A stretch of 64,000 nt of DNA from Eledone cirrhosa. Lineage: Eukaryota. Numbering within the stretch: position 1 is the first letter of the stretch; every line of letters starts with the position of its first letter. A program made the position numbers and the translations under genes. Under the pieces are notes generated by a model. It was not told the origin of the DNA and ran no database searches. It saw only the letters and a program-made list of their open reading frames with translations. Below are positions 27,901-45,900 of the stretch, piece after piece. Location: the NCBI GenBank assembly GCA_964016885.1, contig OZ024740.1, positions 106,578,001-106,642,000 on the forward strand, given 5' to 3'.

Positions 27901-30900
27901 CCATATATTTCCTATATCACACCTCCATATATTACCTATATCACATCGCCATATATTATCTATATCACACCTCCATATATTACCTATATCACATCTCCAT
28001 ATATTACCTATATCACATCTCCATATATTACCTATATCACACCTCCATATATTACCTATATCACATCCCCATATATTACTTATATCACACCTCCATATAT
28101 TACCTATATCACATCTCCATATATTACCAATATCACATCTCCATATATATCATATATCACACCTCCATATATTATCTATATCACAACTCCATATATTACC
28201 TATATCATACCTCCATGTATTACCTATAAAACACCTCCATATATTACCTATATCACATCTCCATATATTACCTATATCACACCTCCATATATTACCTATA
28301 TCACACCTCCATATATTATCTATATCACATCTCCATATATTACCTGTATCACATCTCCATATATTACCTATATCACACCTCCATATATTACCTATATCAC
28401 ATCTCCATATATTACCTATATCACATCTCCATATATGACCTATATCACACCTCCATATATTACCTATATCACATCTCCATATATTACCTATATCACATCT
28501 CCATATATGACCTATATCACACCTCCATATATTACCTATATCACATCTCCTTATATTACCTATATCATACCTCCATATATTACCTATATCACACCTCCAT
28601 ATATTACCTATATCACATCTCCATATATTACCTATATCACACCTCCATATATTACCTATATCACACCTCCATATATTACCTATATCATACCTCCATATAT
28701 TTCCTATATCACACCTCCATATATTACCTATATCACATCGCCATATATTATCTATATCACACCTCCATATATTACCTATATCACATCTCCATATATTACC
28801 TATATCACATCTCCATATATTACCTATATCACACCTCCATATATTACCTATATCACATCCCCATATATTACTTATATCACACCTCCATATATTACCTATA
28901 TCACATCTCCATATATTACATATATCATACCTCCATATATTACCTATATCACATCTCCATATATTACCTATATCACACCTCCATATATTACCTATATCAT
29001 ACCTCCATGTATTCCCTATATCACACCTCCATATATTACCTATATCACATCTCCATATATTACCTATATCACACCTCCATATATTACCTATGTCACATCT
29101 CCATATATTACCTATATCACATCTCCATATATGACCTATATCACACCTCCATATATTACCTATATCACATCTCCATATATTACCTATATCACATCTCCAT
29201 ATATTACTTATATCACACCTCCATATATTACCTATATCACACCTCCATATATTATCTATATCACACTTCCATATATTACCTATATCACATCTCCATATAT
29301 ATCATATATCACACCTCCATATATTATCTATATCACAACTCCATATATTACCTATATCACATCTCCATATATTACTTATATCACACCTCCATATATTACC
29401 TATATCACACCTCCATATATTATCTATATCACACCTCCATATATTACCTATATCACATCTCCATATATTACCTATATCACACCTCCATATATTATCTATA
29501 TCACAACTCCATATATTACCTATATCATACCTCCATGTATTACCTATATCACACCTCCATATATTACCTATATCACATCTCCATATATTACCTATATCAC
29601 ACCTCCATATATTATCTATATCACAACTCCATATATTACCTATATCATACCTCCATGTATTACCTATATCACACCTCCATATATTACCTATATCACATCT
29701 CCATATATTACCTATATCACACCTCCATATATTACCTATATCACACCTCCATATATTACCTATATCACATCTCCATATATTACCTATATCACATCTCCAT
29801 ATATTACCTATATCACATCTCCATATATGACCTATATCACACCTCCATATATTATCTATATCACACCTCCATATATTACCTATATCACATCTCCATATAT
29901 TACTTATATCACACCTCCATATATTACCTATATCACACCTCCATATATTATCTATATCACACTTCCATATATTACCTATATCACATCTCCATATATTACC
30001 TATATCACACCTCCATATATTATCTATATCACAACTCCATATATTACCTATATCATACCTCCATGTATTACCTATATCACACCTCCATATATTACCTATA
30101 TCACATCTCCATATATTACCTATATCACACCTCCATATATTATCTATATCACAACTCCATATATTACCTATATCATACCTCCATGTATTACCTATATCAC
30201 ACCTCCATATATTACCTATATCACATCTCCATATATTACCTATATCACACCTCCATATATTACCTATATCACACCTCCATATATTACCTATATCACATCT
30301 CCATATATTACCTATATCACATCTCCATATATTACCTATATCACATCTCCATATATGACCTATATCACACCTCCACATACTACCTATATCACATCTCCAT
30401 ATATTACCTATATCACATCTCCATATATTACATATATCATACCTCCATATATTACCTATATCACATCTCCATATATTACCTATATCACACCTCCATATAT
30501 TACCTATATCATACCTCCATGTATTCCCTATATCACACCTCCATATATTACCTATATCACATCTCCATATATTACCTATATCACACCTCCATATATTACC
30601 TATGTCACATCTCCATATATTACCTATATCACATCTCCATATATGACCTATATCACACCTCCATATATTACCTATATCACATCTCCATATATTACCTATA
30701 TCACATCTCCATATATGACCTATATCACACCTCCATATATTACCTATATCACATCTCCTTATATTACCTATATCATACCTCCATATATTACCTATATCAC
30801 ACCTCCATATATTACCTATATCACATCTCCATATATTACCTATATCACATCTCCATATATTACCTATATCACATCTCCATATATGACCTATATCACACCT

Positions 30901-33900
30901 CCATATATTACCTATATCACATCTCCATATATTACCTATATCACATCTCCATATATGACCTATATCACACCTCCATATATTACCTATATCACATCTCCTT
31001 ATATTACCTATATCATACCTCCATATATTACCTATATCACACCTCCATATATTACCTATATCACATCTCCATATATTACCTATATCACACCTCCATATAT
31101 TACCTATATCACACCTCCATATATTACCTATATCATACCTCCATATATTTCCTATATCACACCTCCATATATTACCTATATCACATCGCCATATATTATC
31201 TATATCACACCTCCATATATTACCTATATCACATCTCCATATATTACCTATATCACATCTCCATATATTACCTATATCACACCTCCATATATTACCTATA
31301 TCACATCCCCATATATTACTTATATCACACCTCCATATATTACCTATAACACATCTCCATATATTACATATATCATACCTCCATATATTACCCATATCAC
31401 ATCTCCATATATTACCTATATCACACCTCCAAATATTACCTATATCATACCTCCATGTATTCCCTATATCACACCTCCATATATTACCTATATCACATCT
31501 CCATATATTACCTATATCACACCTCCATATATTACCTATGTCACATCTCCATATATTACCTATATCACATCTCCATATATGACCTATATCACACCTCCAT
31601 ATATTACCTATATCACATCTCCATATATTACCTATATCACATCTCCATATATGACCTATATCACACCTCCATATATTACCTATATCACATCTCCTTATAT
31701 TACCTATATCATACCTCCATATATTACCTATATCACACCTCCATATATTACCTATATCACATCTCCATATATTACCTATATCACACCTCCATATATTACC
31801 TATATCACACCTCCATATATTACCTATATCATACCTCCATATATTTCCTATATCACACCTCCATATATTACCTATATCACATCGCCATATATTATCTATA
31901 TCACACCTCCATATATTACCTATATCACATCTCCATATATTACCTATATCACATCTCCATATATTACCTATATCACACCTCCATATATTACCTATATCAC
32001 ATCCCCATATATTACTTATATCACACCTCCATATATTACCTATATCACATCTCCATATATTACCAATATCACATCTCCATATATATCATATATCACACCT
32101 CCATATATTATCTATATCACAACTCCATATATTACCTATATCATACCTCCATGTATTACCTATAAAACACCTCCATATATTACCTATATCACATCTCCAT
32201 ATATTACCTATATCACACCTCCATATATTACCTATATCACACCTCCATATATTATCTATATCACATCTCCATATATTACCTGTATCACATCTCCATATAT
32301 TACCTATATCACACCTCCATATATTACCTATATCACATCTCCATATATTACCTATATCACATCTCCATATATGACCTATATCACACCTCCATATATTACC
32401 TATATCACATCTCCATATATTACCTATATCACATCTCCATATATGACCTATATCACACCTCCATATATTACCTATATCACATCTCCTTATATTACCTATA
32501 TCATACCTCCATATATTACCTATATCACACCTCCATATATTACCTATATCACATCTCCATATATTACCTATATCACACCTCCATATATTACCTATATCAC
32601 ACCTCCATATATTACCTATATCATACCTCCATATATTTCCTATATCACACCTCCATATATTACCTATATCACATCGCCATATATTATCTATATCACACCT
32701 CCATATATTACCTATATCACATCTCCATATATTACCTATATCACATCTCCATATATTACCTATATCACACCTCCATATATTACCTATATCACATCCCCAT
32801 ATATTACTTATATCACACCTCCATATATTACCTATATCACATCTCCATATATTACCAATATCACACCTCCATATATTACCTATATCATACCTCCATATAT
32901 TACCTATATCACACCTCCATATATTACCTATATCACACCTCCATATATTACCTATATCACACCTCCATATATTACCTATATCATACCTCCATGTATTCCC
33001 TATATCACACCTCCATATATTACCTATATCACACCTCCATATATTACCTATATCACATCTCCATATATATCATATATCACACATCCATATATTATCTATA
33101 TCACAACTCCATATATTACCTATATCATACCTCCATGTATTACCTATAAAACACCTCCATATATTACCTATATCACATCTCCATATATTACCTATATCAC
33201 ACCTCCATATATTACCTATATCACACCTCCATATATTATCTATATCACATCTCCATATATTACCTGTATCACATCTCCATATATTACTTATATCACACCT
33301 CCATATATTACCTATATCACATCTCCATATATTACCTATATCACATCTCCATATATGACCTATATCACACCTCCATATATTACCTATATCACATCTCCAT
33401 ATATTACCTATATCACATCTCCATATATGACCTATATCACACCTCCATATATTACCTATATCACATCTCCTTTTATTACCTATATCATACCTCCATATAT
33501 TACCTATATCACACCTCCATATATTACCTATATCACATCTCCATATATTACCTATATCACACCTCCATATATTACCTATATCACACCTCCATATATTACC
33601 TATATCATACCTCCATATATTTCCTATATCACACCTCCATATATTACCTATATCACATCGCCATATATTATCTATATCACACCTCCATATATTACCTATA
33701 TCACATCTCCATATATTACCTATATCACATCTCCATATATTACCTATATCACACCTCCATATATTACTTATATCACACCTCCATATATTACCTATATCAC
33801 ATCTCCATATATTACCAATATCACACCTCCATATATTACCTATATCATACCTCCATATATTACCTATATCACACCTCCATATATTACCTATATCACACCT

Positions 33901-36900
33901 CCATATATTACCTATATCACACCTCCATATATTACCTATATCATACCTCCATGTATTCCCTATATCACACCTCCATATATTACCTATATCACATCTCCAT
34001 ATATTACCTATATCACACCTCCATATATTACCTATATCACACCTCCATATATTATCTATATCACACCTCCATATATTACCTATATCATATCTCCATATAT
34101 TACCTATATCACACCTCCATATATTACCTATATCACACCTCCATATATTATCTATATCACACCTCCATATATTACCTATATCACATCTCCATATATTACC
34201 TATATCACACCTCCATATATTACCTATATCATACCTCCATATATTACCTATATCACACCTCCATATATTACCTATATCACACCTCCATATATTACCTATA
34301 TCATACCTCCATGTATTACCTATATCACACCTCCATATATTACCTATATCACATCTCCATATATTACCTATATCACACCTCCCTATATTACCTATATCAC
34401 ACCTCCATATATTATCTATATCACACCTCCATATATTACCTATATCACATCTCCATATATTACCTATATCACACCTCCATATATTACCTATATCACACCT
34501 CCATATATTATCTATATCACACCTCCATATATTACCTATATCACATCTCCATATATTACCTATATCACACCTCCATATATTACCTATATCATACCTCCAT
34601 ATATTACCTATATCACACCTCCATATATTACCTATATCACACCTCCATATATTACCTATATTATACCTCCATGTATTACCTATATCACACCTCCATATAT
34701 TACCTATATCACATCTCCATATGTTACCTATATCACACCTCCATATATTACCTATATCACACCTCCATATATTATCTATATCACACCTCCATATATTACC
34801 TATATCACATCTCCATATATTGCCTATATCACACCTCCAAATATTACCTATATCAAACCTCCATATATTATCTATATCACACCTCCATATATTACCTATA
34901 TCACATCTCCATATATTACCTATATCACACCTCCATATATTACCTATATCATACCTCCATATAATACCTGTATCATACCTCCATATATTACCTATATCAC
35001 ACCTCCATATATTACCTATATCACACCTCCATATATTACCTATATCATACCTCGATATATTACCTATATCACACCTTCATATATTACCTATATCACACCT
35101 CCATATATTACCTATATCACATCTCCATATATTACCTATATCACACCTCCATACATTACCTATATCACATCTCCATATATTACCTATATCACACCTCCAT
35201 ATATTACCTATATCTCACCTCCATATATTATCTATATCACACCTCCATATATTACCTATATCACATCTCCATATATTACCTATATTACACCTCCATATAT
35301 TACCTATATCACACCTCCATATATTATCTATATCACACCTCCATATATTATCTATATCACATCTCTATATATTACCTATATCACACCTCCATATATTACC
35401 TATATCACACCTCCATATATTACCTATATCACACCTCCATATATTACCTATATCACATCTCCATATATTACCTATATCACACCTCCATATATTACCTATA
35501 TCACACCTCCATATATTATCTATATCACACCTCCATATATTACCTATATCACATCTCCATATATTACCTATATCTCACCTCCATATATTACCTATATCAC
35601 ACCTCCATATATTATCTATATCACACCTCCATATATTACTTATATCACATCTCCATATATTACTTATATCACACCTCCATATATTACCTATATTACACCT
35701 CCATATATTACCTATATCACATCTCCTTATATTACCTATATCATACCTCCATATATTACCTATATCACACCTCCATATATTACCTATATCACATCTCCAT
35801 ATATTACCTATATCACACCTCCATATATTACCTATATCACACCTCCATATATTACCTATATCACATCTCCATATATTACCTATATCACACCTCCATATAT
35901 TACCTATATCACACCTCCATATATTACCTGTATCACATCTCCATATATTACCTATATCACACCTACATATATTACCTATATCACATCTCCATATATTACC
36001 TATATCACATCTCCATATATGACCTATATCACACCTCCATATATTACCTATATCACATCTCCATATATTACCTATATCACATCTCCATATATGACCTATA
36101 TCACACCTCCATATATTACCTATATCACATCTCCTTATATTACCTATATCATACCTCCATATATTACCTATATCACACCTCCATATATTACCTATATCAC
36201 ATCTCCATATATTACCTATATCACACCTCCATATATTACCTATATCACACCTCCATATATTACCTATATCATACCTCCATATATTTCCTATATCACACCT
36301 CCATATATTACCTATATTACATCGCCATATATTATCTATATCACACCTCCATATATTACCTATATCACATCTCCATATATTACCTATATCACATCTCCAT
36401 ATATTACCTATATCACACCTCCATATATTACCTATATCACATCCCCATATATTACTTATATCACACCTCCATATATTACCTATATCACATCGCCATATAT
36501 TATCTATATCACACCTCCATATATTACCTATATCACATCTCCATATATTACCTATATCACATCTCCATATATTACCTATATCACACCTCCATATATTACC
36601 TATATCACATCCCCATATATTACTTATATCACACCTCCATATATTACCTATATCACATCTCCATATATTACCAATATCACACCTCCATATATTACCTATA
36701 TCATACCTCCATATATTACCTATATCACACCTCCATATATTACCTATATCACACCTCCATATATTACCTATATCACACCTCCATATATTACCTATATCAC
36801 ATCTCCATATATTACCTATATCACACCTCCATATATTACCTATATCACATCCCCATATATTACCTATATCACATCCCCATATATTACCTATATCACATCT

Positions 36901-39900
36901 CCATATATTACCAATATCACACCTCCATATATTACCTATATCACACCTCCATATATTACCTATATCATACCTCCATGTATTCCCTATATCACACCTCCAT
37001 ATATTACCTATATCACACCTCCATATATTACCTATATCACATCTCCATATATATCATATATCACACCTCCATATATTATCTATATCACAACTCCATATAT
37101 TACCTATATCATACCTCCATGTATTACCTATAAAACACCTCCATATATTACCTATATCACATCTCCATATATTACCTATATCACACCTCCATATATTACC
37201 TATATCACACCTCCATATATTATCTATATCACATCTCCATATATTACCTGTATCACATCTCCATATATTACTTATATCACACCTCCATATATTACCTATA
37301 TCACATCTCCATATATTACCTATATCACATCTCCATATATGACCTATATCACACCTCCATATATTACCTATATCACATCTCCATATATTACCTATATCAC
37401 ATCTCCATATATGACCTATATCACACCTCCATATATTACCTATATCACATCTCCTTATATTACCTATATCATACCTCCATATATTACCTATATCACACCT
37501 CCATATATTACCTATATCACATCTCCATATATTACCTATATCACACCTCCATATATTACCTATATCACACCTCCATATATTACCTATATCATACCTCCAT
37601 ATATTTCCTATATCACACCTCCATATATTACCTATATCACATCGCCATATATTATCTATATCACACCTCCATATATTACCTATATCACATCTCCATATAT
37701 TACCTATATCACATCTCCATATATTACCTATATCACACCTCCATATATTACTTATATCACACCTCCATATATTACCTATATCACATCTCCATATATTACC
37801 AATATCACACCTCCATATATTACCTATATCATACCTCCATATATTACCTATATCACACCTCCATATATTACCTATATCACTCCTCCATATATTACCTATA
37901 TCACACCTCCATATATTACCTATATCATACCTCCATGTATTCCCTATATCACACCTCCATATATTACCTATATCACATCTCCATATATTACCTATATCAC
38001 ACCTCCATATATTACCTATATCACACCTCCATATATTATCTATATCACACCTCCATATATTACCTATATCATATCTCCATATATTACCTATATCACACCT
38101 CCATATATTACCTATATCACACCTCCATATATTATCTATATCACACCTCCATATATTACCTATATCACATCTCCATATATTACCTATATCACACCTCCAT
38201 ATATTACCTATATCATACCTCCATATATTACCTATATCACACCTCCATATATTACCTATATCACACCTCCATATATTACCTATATCATACCTCCATGTAT
38301 TACCTATATCACACCTCCATATATTACCTATATCACACCTCCATATATTACCTATATCACATCTCCATATATTACCTATATCACACCTCCATATATTACC
38401 TATATCACACCTCCATATATTACCTATATCACACCTCCATATATTACCTATATCATACCTCCATGTATTCCCTATATCACACCTCCATATATTACCTATA
38501 TCACACCTCCATATATTACCTATATCACATCTCCATATATATCATATATCACACCTCCATATATTATCTATATCACAACTCCATATATTACCTATATCAT
38601 ACCTCCATGTATTACCTATAAAACACCTCCATATATTACCTATATCACATCTCCATATATTACCTATATCACACCTCCATATATTACCTATATCACACCT
38701 CCATATATTATCTATATCACATCTCCATATATTACCTGTATCACATCTCCATATATTACTTATATCACACCTCCATATATTACCTATATCATACCTCCAT
38801 GTATTCCCTATATCACACCTCCATATATTACCTATATCACACCTCCATATATTACCTATATCACATCTCCATATATATCATATATCACACCTCCATATAT
38901 TATCTATATCACAACTCCATATATTACCTATATCATACCTCCATGTATTACCTATAAAACACCTCCATATATTACCTATATCACATCTCCATATATTACC
39001 TATATCACACCTCCATATATTACCTATATCACACCTCCATATATTATCTATATCACATCTCCATATATTACCTGTATCACATCTCCATATATTACTTATA
39101 TCACACCTCCATATATTACCTATATCACATCTCCATATATTACCTATATCACATCTCCATATATGACCTATATCACACCTCCATATATTACCTATATCAC
39201 ATCTCCATATATTACCTATATCACATCTCCATATATGACTTATATCACACCTCCATATATTACCTATATCACATCTCCTTATATTACCTATATCATACCT
39301 CCATATATTACCTATATCACACCTCCATATATTACCTATATCACATCTCCATATATTACCTATATCACACCTCCATATATTACCTATATCACACCTCCAT
39401 ATATTACCTATATCATACCTCCATATATTTCCTATATCACACCTCCATATATTACCTATATCACATCGCCATATATTATCTATATCACACCTCCATATAT
39501 TACCTATATCACATCTCCATATATTACCTATATCACATCTCCATATATTACCTATATCACACCTCCATATATTACTTATATCACACCTCCATATATTACC
39601 TATATCACATCTCCATATATTACCAATATCACACCTCCATATATTACCTATATCATACCTCCATATATTACCTATATCACACCTCCATATATTACCTATA
39701 TCACACCTCCATATATTACCTATATCACACCTCCATATATTACCTATATCATACCTCCATGTATTCCCTATATCACACCTCCATATATTACCTATATCAC
39801 ATCTCCATATATTACCTATATCACACCTCCATATATTACCTATATCACACCTCCATATATTATCTATATCACACCTCCATATATTACCTATATCATATCT

Positions 39901-42900
39901 CCATATATTACCTATATCACACCTCCATATATTACCTATATCACACCTCCATATATTATCTATATCACACCTCCATATATTACCTATATCACATCTCCAT
40001 ATATTACCTATATCACACCTCCATATATTACCTATATCATACCTCCATATATTACCTATATCACACCTCCATATATTACCTATATCACACCTCCATATAT
40101 TACCTATATCATACCTCCATGTATTACCTATATCACACCTCCATATATTACCTATATCACATCTCCATATATTACCTATATCACACCTCCCTATATTACC
40201 TATATCACACCTCCATATATTATCTATATCACACCTCCATATATTACCTATATCACATCTCCATATATTACCTATATCACACCTCCATATATTACCTATA
40301 TCACACCTCCATATATTATCTATATCACACCTCCATATATTACCTATATCACATCTCCATATATTACCTATATCACACTCCATATATTACCTATATCATA
40401 CCTCCATATATTACCTATATCACACCTCCATATATTACCTATATCACACCTCCATATATTACCTATATCATACCTCCATGTATTACCTATATCACACCTC
40501 CATATATTACCTATATCACATCTCCATATGTTACCTATATCACACCTCCATATATTACCTATATCACACCTCCATATATTATCTATATCACACCTCCATA
40601 TATTACCTATATCACATCTCCATATATTGCCTATATCACACCTCCAAATATTACCTATATCACACCTCCATATATTATCTATATCACACCTCCATATATT
40701 ACCTATATCACATCTCCATATATTACCTATATCACACCTCCATATATTACCTATATCATACCTCCATATAATACCTGTATCATACCTCCATATATTACCT
40801 ATATCACACCTCCATATATTACCTATATCACACCTCCATATATTACCTATATCATACCTCGATATATTACCTATATCACACCTTCATATATTACCTATAT
40901 CACACCTCCATATATTACCTATATCACATCTCCATATATTACCTATATCACACCTCCATACATTACCTATATCACATCTCCATATATTACCTATATCACA
41001 CCTCCATATATTACCTATATCTCACCTCCATATATTATCTATATCACACCTCCATATATTACCTATATCACATCTCCATATATTACCTATATTACACCTC
41101 CATATATTACCTATATCACACCTCCATATATTATCTATATCACACCTCCATATATTATCTATATCACATCTCTATATATTACCTATATCACACCTCCATA
41201 TATTACCTATATCACACCTCCATATATTACCTATATCACACCTCCATATATTACCTATATCACATCTCCATATATTACCTATATCACACCTCCATATATT
41301 ACCTATATCACACCTCCATATATTATCTATATCACACCTCCATATATTACCTATATCACATCTCCATATATTACCTATATCTCACCTCCATATATTACCT
41401 ATATCACACCTCCATATATTATCTATATCACACCTCCATATATTACTTATATCACATCTCCATATATTACTTATATCACACCTCCATATATTACCTATAT
41501 TACACCTCCATATATTACCTATATCACATCTCCTTATATTACCTATATCATACCTCCATATATTACCTATATCACACCTCCATATATTACCTATATCACA
41601 TCTCCATATATTACCTATATCACACCTCCATATATTACCTATATCACACCTCCATATATTACCTATATCACATCTCCATATATTACCTATATCACACCTC
41701 CATATATTACCTATATCACACCTCCATATATTACCTGTATCACATCTCCATATATTACCTATATCACACCTCCATATATTACCTATATCACATCTCCATA
41801 TATTACCTATATCACATCTCCATATATGACCTATATCACACCTCCATATATTACCTATATCACATCTCCATATATTACCTATATCACATCTCCATATATG
41901 ACCTATATCACACCTCCATATATTACCTATATCACATCTCCTTATATTACCTATATCATACCTCCATATATTACCTATATCACACCTCCATATATTACCT
42001 ATATCACATCTCCATATATTACCTATATCACACCTCCATATATTACCTATATCACACCTCCATATATTACCTATATCATACCTCCATATATTTCCTATAT
42101 CACACCTCCATATATTACCTATATCACATCGCCATATATTATCTATATCACACCTCCATATATTACCTATATCACATCTCCATATATTACCTATATCACA
42201 TCTCCATATATTACCTATATCACACCTCCATATATTACCTATATCACATCCCCATATATTACTTATATCACACCTCCATATATTACCTATATCACATCCC
42301 CATATATTACCAATATCACACCTCCATATATTACCTATATCATACCTCCATATATTACCTATATCACACCTCCATATATTACCTATATCACACCTCCATA
42401 TATTACCTATATCACACCTCCATATATTACCTATATCATACCTCCATGTATTCCCTATATCACACCTCCATATATTACCTATATCACATCTCCATATATT
42501 ACCTATATCACATCTCCATATATATCATATATCACACCTCCATATATTATCTATATCACAACTCCATATATTACCTATATCACATCTCCATATATTACTT
42601 ATATCACACCTCCATATATTACCTATATCACACCTCCATATATTATCTATATCACACCTCCATATATTACCTATATCACATCTCCATATATTACCTATAT
42701 CACACCTCCATATATTATCTATATCACAACTCCATATCTTACCTATATCATACCTCCATGTATTACCTATATCACACCTCCATATATTACCTATATCACA
42801 TCTCCATATATTACCTATATCACACCTCCATATATTATCTATATCACAACTCCATATATTACCTATATCATACCTCCATGTATTACCTATATCACACCTC

Positions 42901-45900
42901 CATATATTACCTATATCACATCTCCATATATTACCTATATCACACCTCCATATATTACCTATATCACACCTCCATATATTACCTATATCACATCTCCATA
43001 TATTACCTATATCACATCTCCATATATTACCTATATCACATCTCCATATATGACCTATATCACACCTCCACATATTACCTATATCACATCTCCATATATT
43101 ACCTATATCACATCTCCATATATTACATATATCATACCTCCATATATTACCTATATCACATCTCCATATATTACCTATATCACATCTCCATATATTACCT
43201 ATATCACATCTCCATATATTACCTATATCACACCTCCATATATTACCTATATAACACCTCCATATATTACCTATATCACATCTCCATATATTACCTATAT
43301 CACATCTCCATATATTACCTATATCACACCTCCATATATTACCTATATCACACCTCCATATATTACCTATATCACATCTCCATATATATCATATATCACA
43401 CCTCCATATATTATCTATATCACAACTCCATATATTACCTATATCATACCTCCATGTATTACCTATAAAACACCTCCATATATTACCTATATCACATCTC
43501 CATATATTACCTATATCACACCTCCATATATTACCTATATCACACCTCCATATATTATCTATATCACATCTCCATATATTACCTGTATCACATCTCCATA
43601 TATTACCTATATCACACCTCCATATATTACCTATATCACATCTCCATATATTACCTATATCACATCTCCATATATGACCTATATCACACCTCCATATATT
43701 ACCTATATCACATCTCCATATATTACCTATATCACATCTCCATATATGACCTATATCACACTTCCATATATTACCTATATCACATCTCCTTATATTACCT
43801 ATATCATACCTCCATATATTACCTATATCACACCTCCATATATTACCTATATCACATCTCCATATATTACCTATATCACACCTCCATATATTACCTATAT
43901 CACACCTCCATATATTACCTATATCATACCTCCATATATTTCCTATATCACACCTCCATATATTACCTATATCACATCGCCATATATTATCTATATCACA
44001 CCTCCATATATTACCTATATCACATCTCCATATATTACCTATATCACATCTCCATATATTACCTATATCACACCTCCATATATTACCTATATCACATCCC
44101 CATATATTACTTATATCACACCTCCATATATTACCTATATCACATCTCCATATATTACCAATATCACACCTCCATATATTACCTATATCATACCTCCATA
44201 TATTACCTATATCACACCTCCATATATTACTTATATCACACCTCCATATATTACCTATATCACACCTCCATATATTACCTATATCATACCTCCATGTATT
44301 CCCTATATCACACCTCCATATATTACCTATATCACATCTCTATATATTACCTATATCACATCTCCATATATATCATATATCACACCTCCATATATTATCT
44401 ATATCACAACTCCATATATTACCTATATCATACCTCCATGTATTACCTATAAAACACCTCCATATATTACCTATATCACATCTCCATATATTACCTATAT
44501 CACATCGCCATATATTATCTATATCACACCTCCATATATTACCTATATCATACCTCCATATATTTCCTATATCACACCTCCATATATTACCTATATCACA
44601 TCGCCATATATTATCTATATCACACCTCCATATATTACCTATATCACATCTCCATATATTACCTATATCACATCTCCATATATTACCTATATCACACCTC
44701 CATATATTACCTATATCACATCCCCATATATTACTTATATCACACCTCCATATATTACCTATATCACATCTCCATATATTACCAATATCACACCTCCATA
44801 TATTACCTATATCACACCTCCATATATTACCTATATCATACCTCCATTTATTCCCTATATCACACCTCCATATATTACCTATATCACACCTCCATATATT
44901 ACCTATATCACATTTCCATATATATCATATATCACACCTCCATATATTATCTATATCACAACTCCATATATTACCTATATCATACCTCCATGTATTACCT
45001 ATAAAACACCTCCATATATTACCTATATCACATCTCCATATATTACCTATATCACACCTCCATATATTACCTATATCACACCTCCATATATTATCTATAT
45101 CACATCTCCATATATTACCTGTATCACATCTCCATATATTACTTATATCACACCTCCATATATTACCTATATCACATCTCCATATATTACCTATATCACA
45201 TCTCCATATATGACCTATATCACACCTCCATATATTACCTATATCACATCTCCATATATTACCTATATCACATCTCCATGTATGACCTATATCACACCTC
45301 CATATATTACCTATATCACATCTCCTTATATTACCTATATCATACCTCCATATATTACCTATATCACACCTCCATATATTACCTATATCACATCTCCATA
45401 TATTACCTATATCACACCTCCATATATTACCTATATCACACCTCCATATATTACCTATATCATACCTCCATATATTTCCTATATCACACCTCCATATATT
45501 ACCTATATCACATCGCCATATATTATCTATATCACACCTCCATATATTACCTATATCACATCTCCATATATTACCTATATCACATCTCCATATATTACCT
45601 ATATCACACCTCCATATATTACTTATATCACACCTCCATATATTACCTATATCACATCTCCATATATTACCAATATCACACCTCCATATATTACCTATAT
45701 CATACCTCCATATATTACCTATATCACACCTCCATATATTACCTATATCACACCTCCATATATTACCTATATCACACCTCCATATATTACCTATATCATA
45801 CCTCCATGTATTCCCTATATCACACCTCCATATATTACCTATATCACATCTCCATATATTACCTATATCACACCTCCATATATTACCTATATCACACCTC

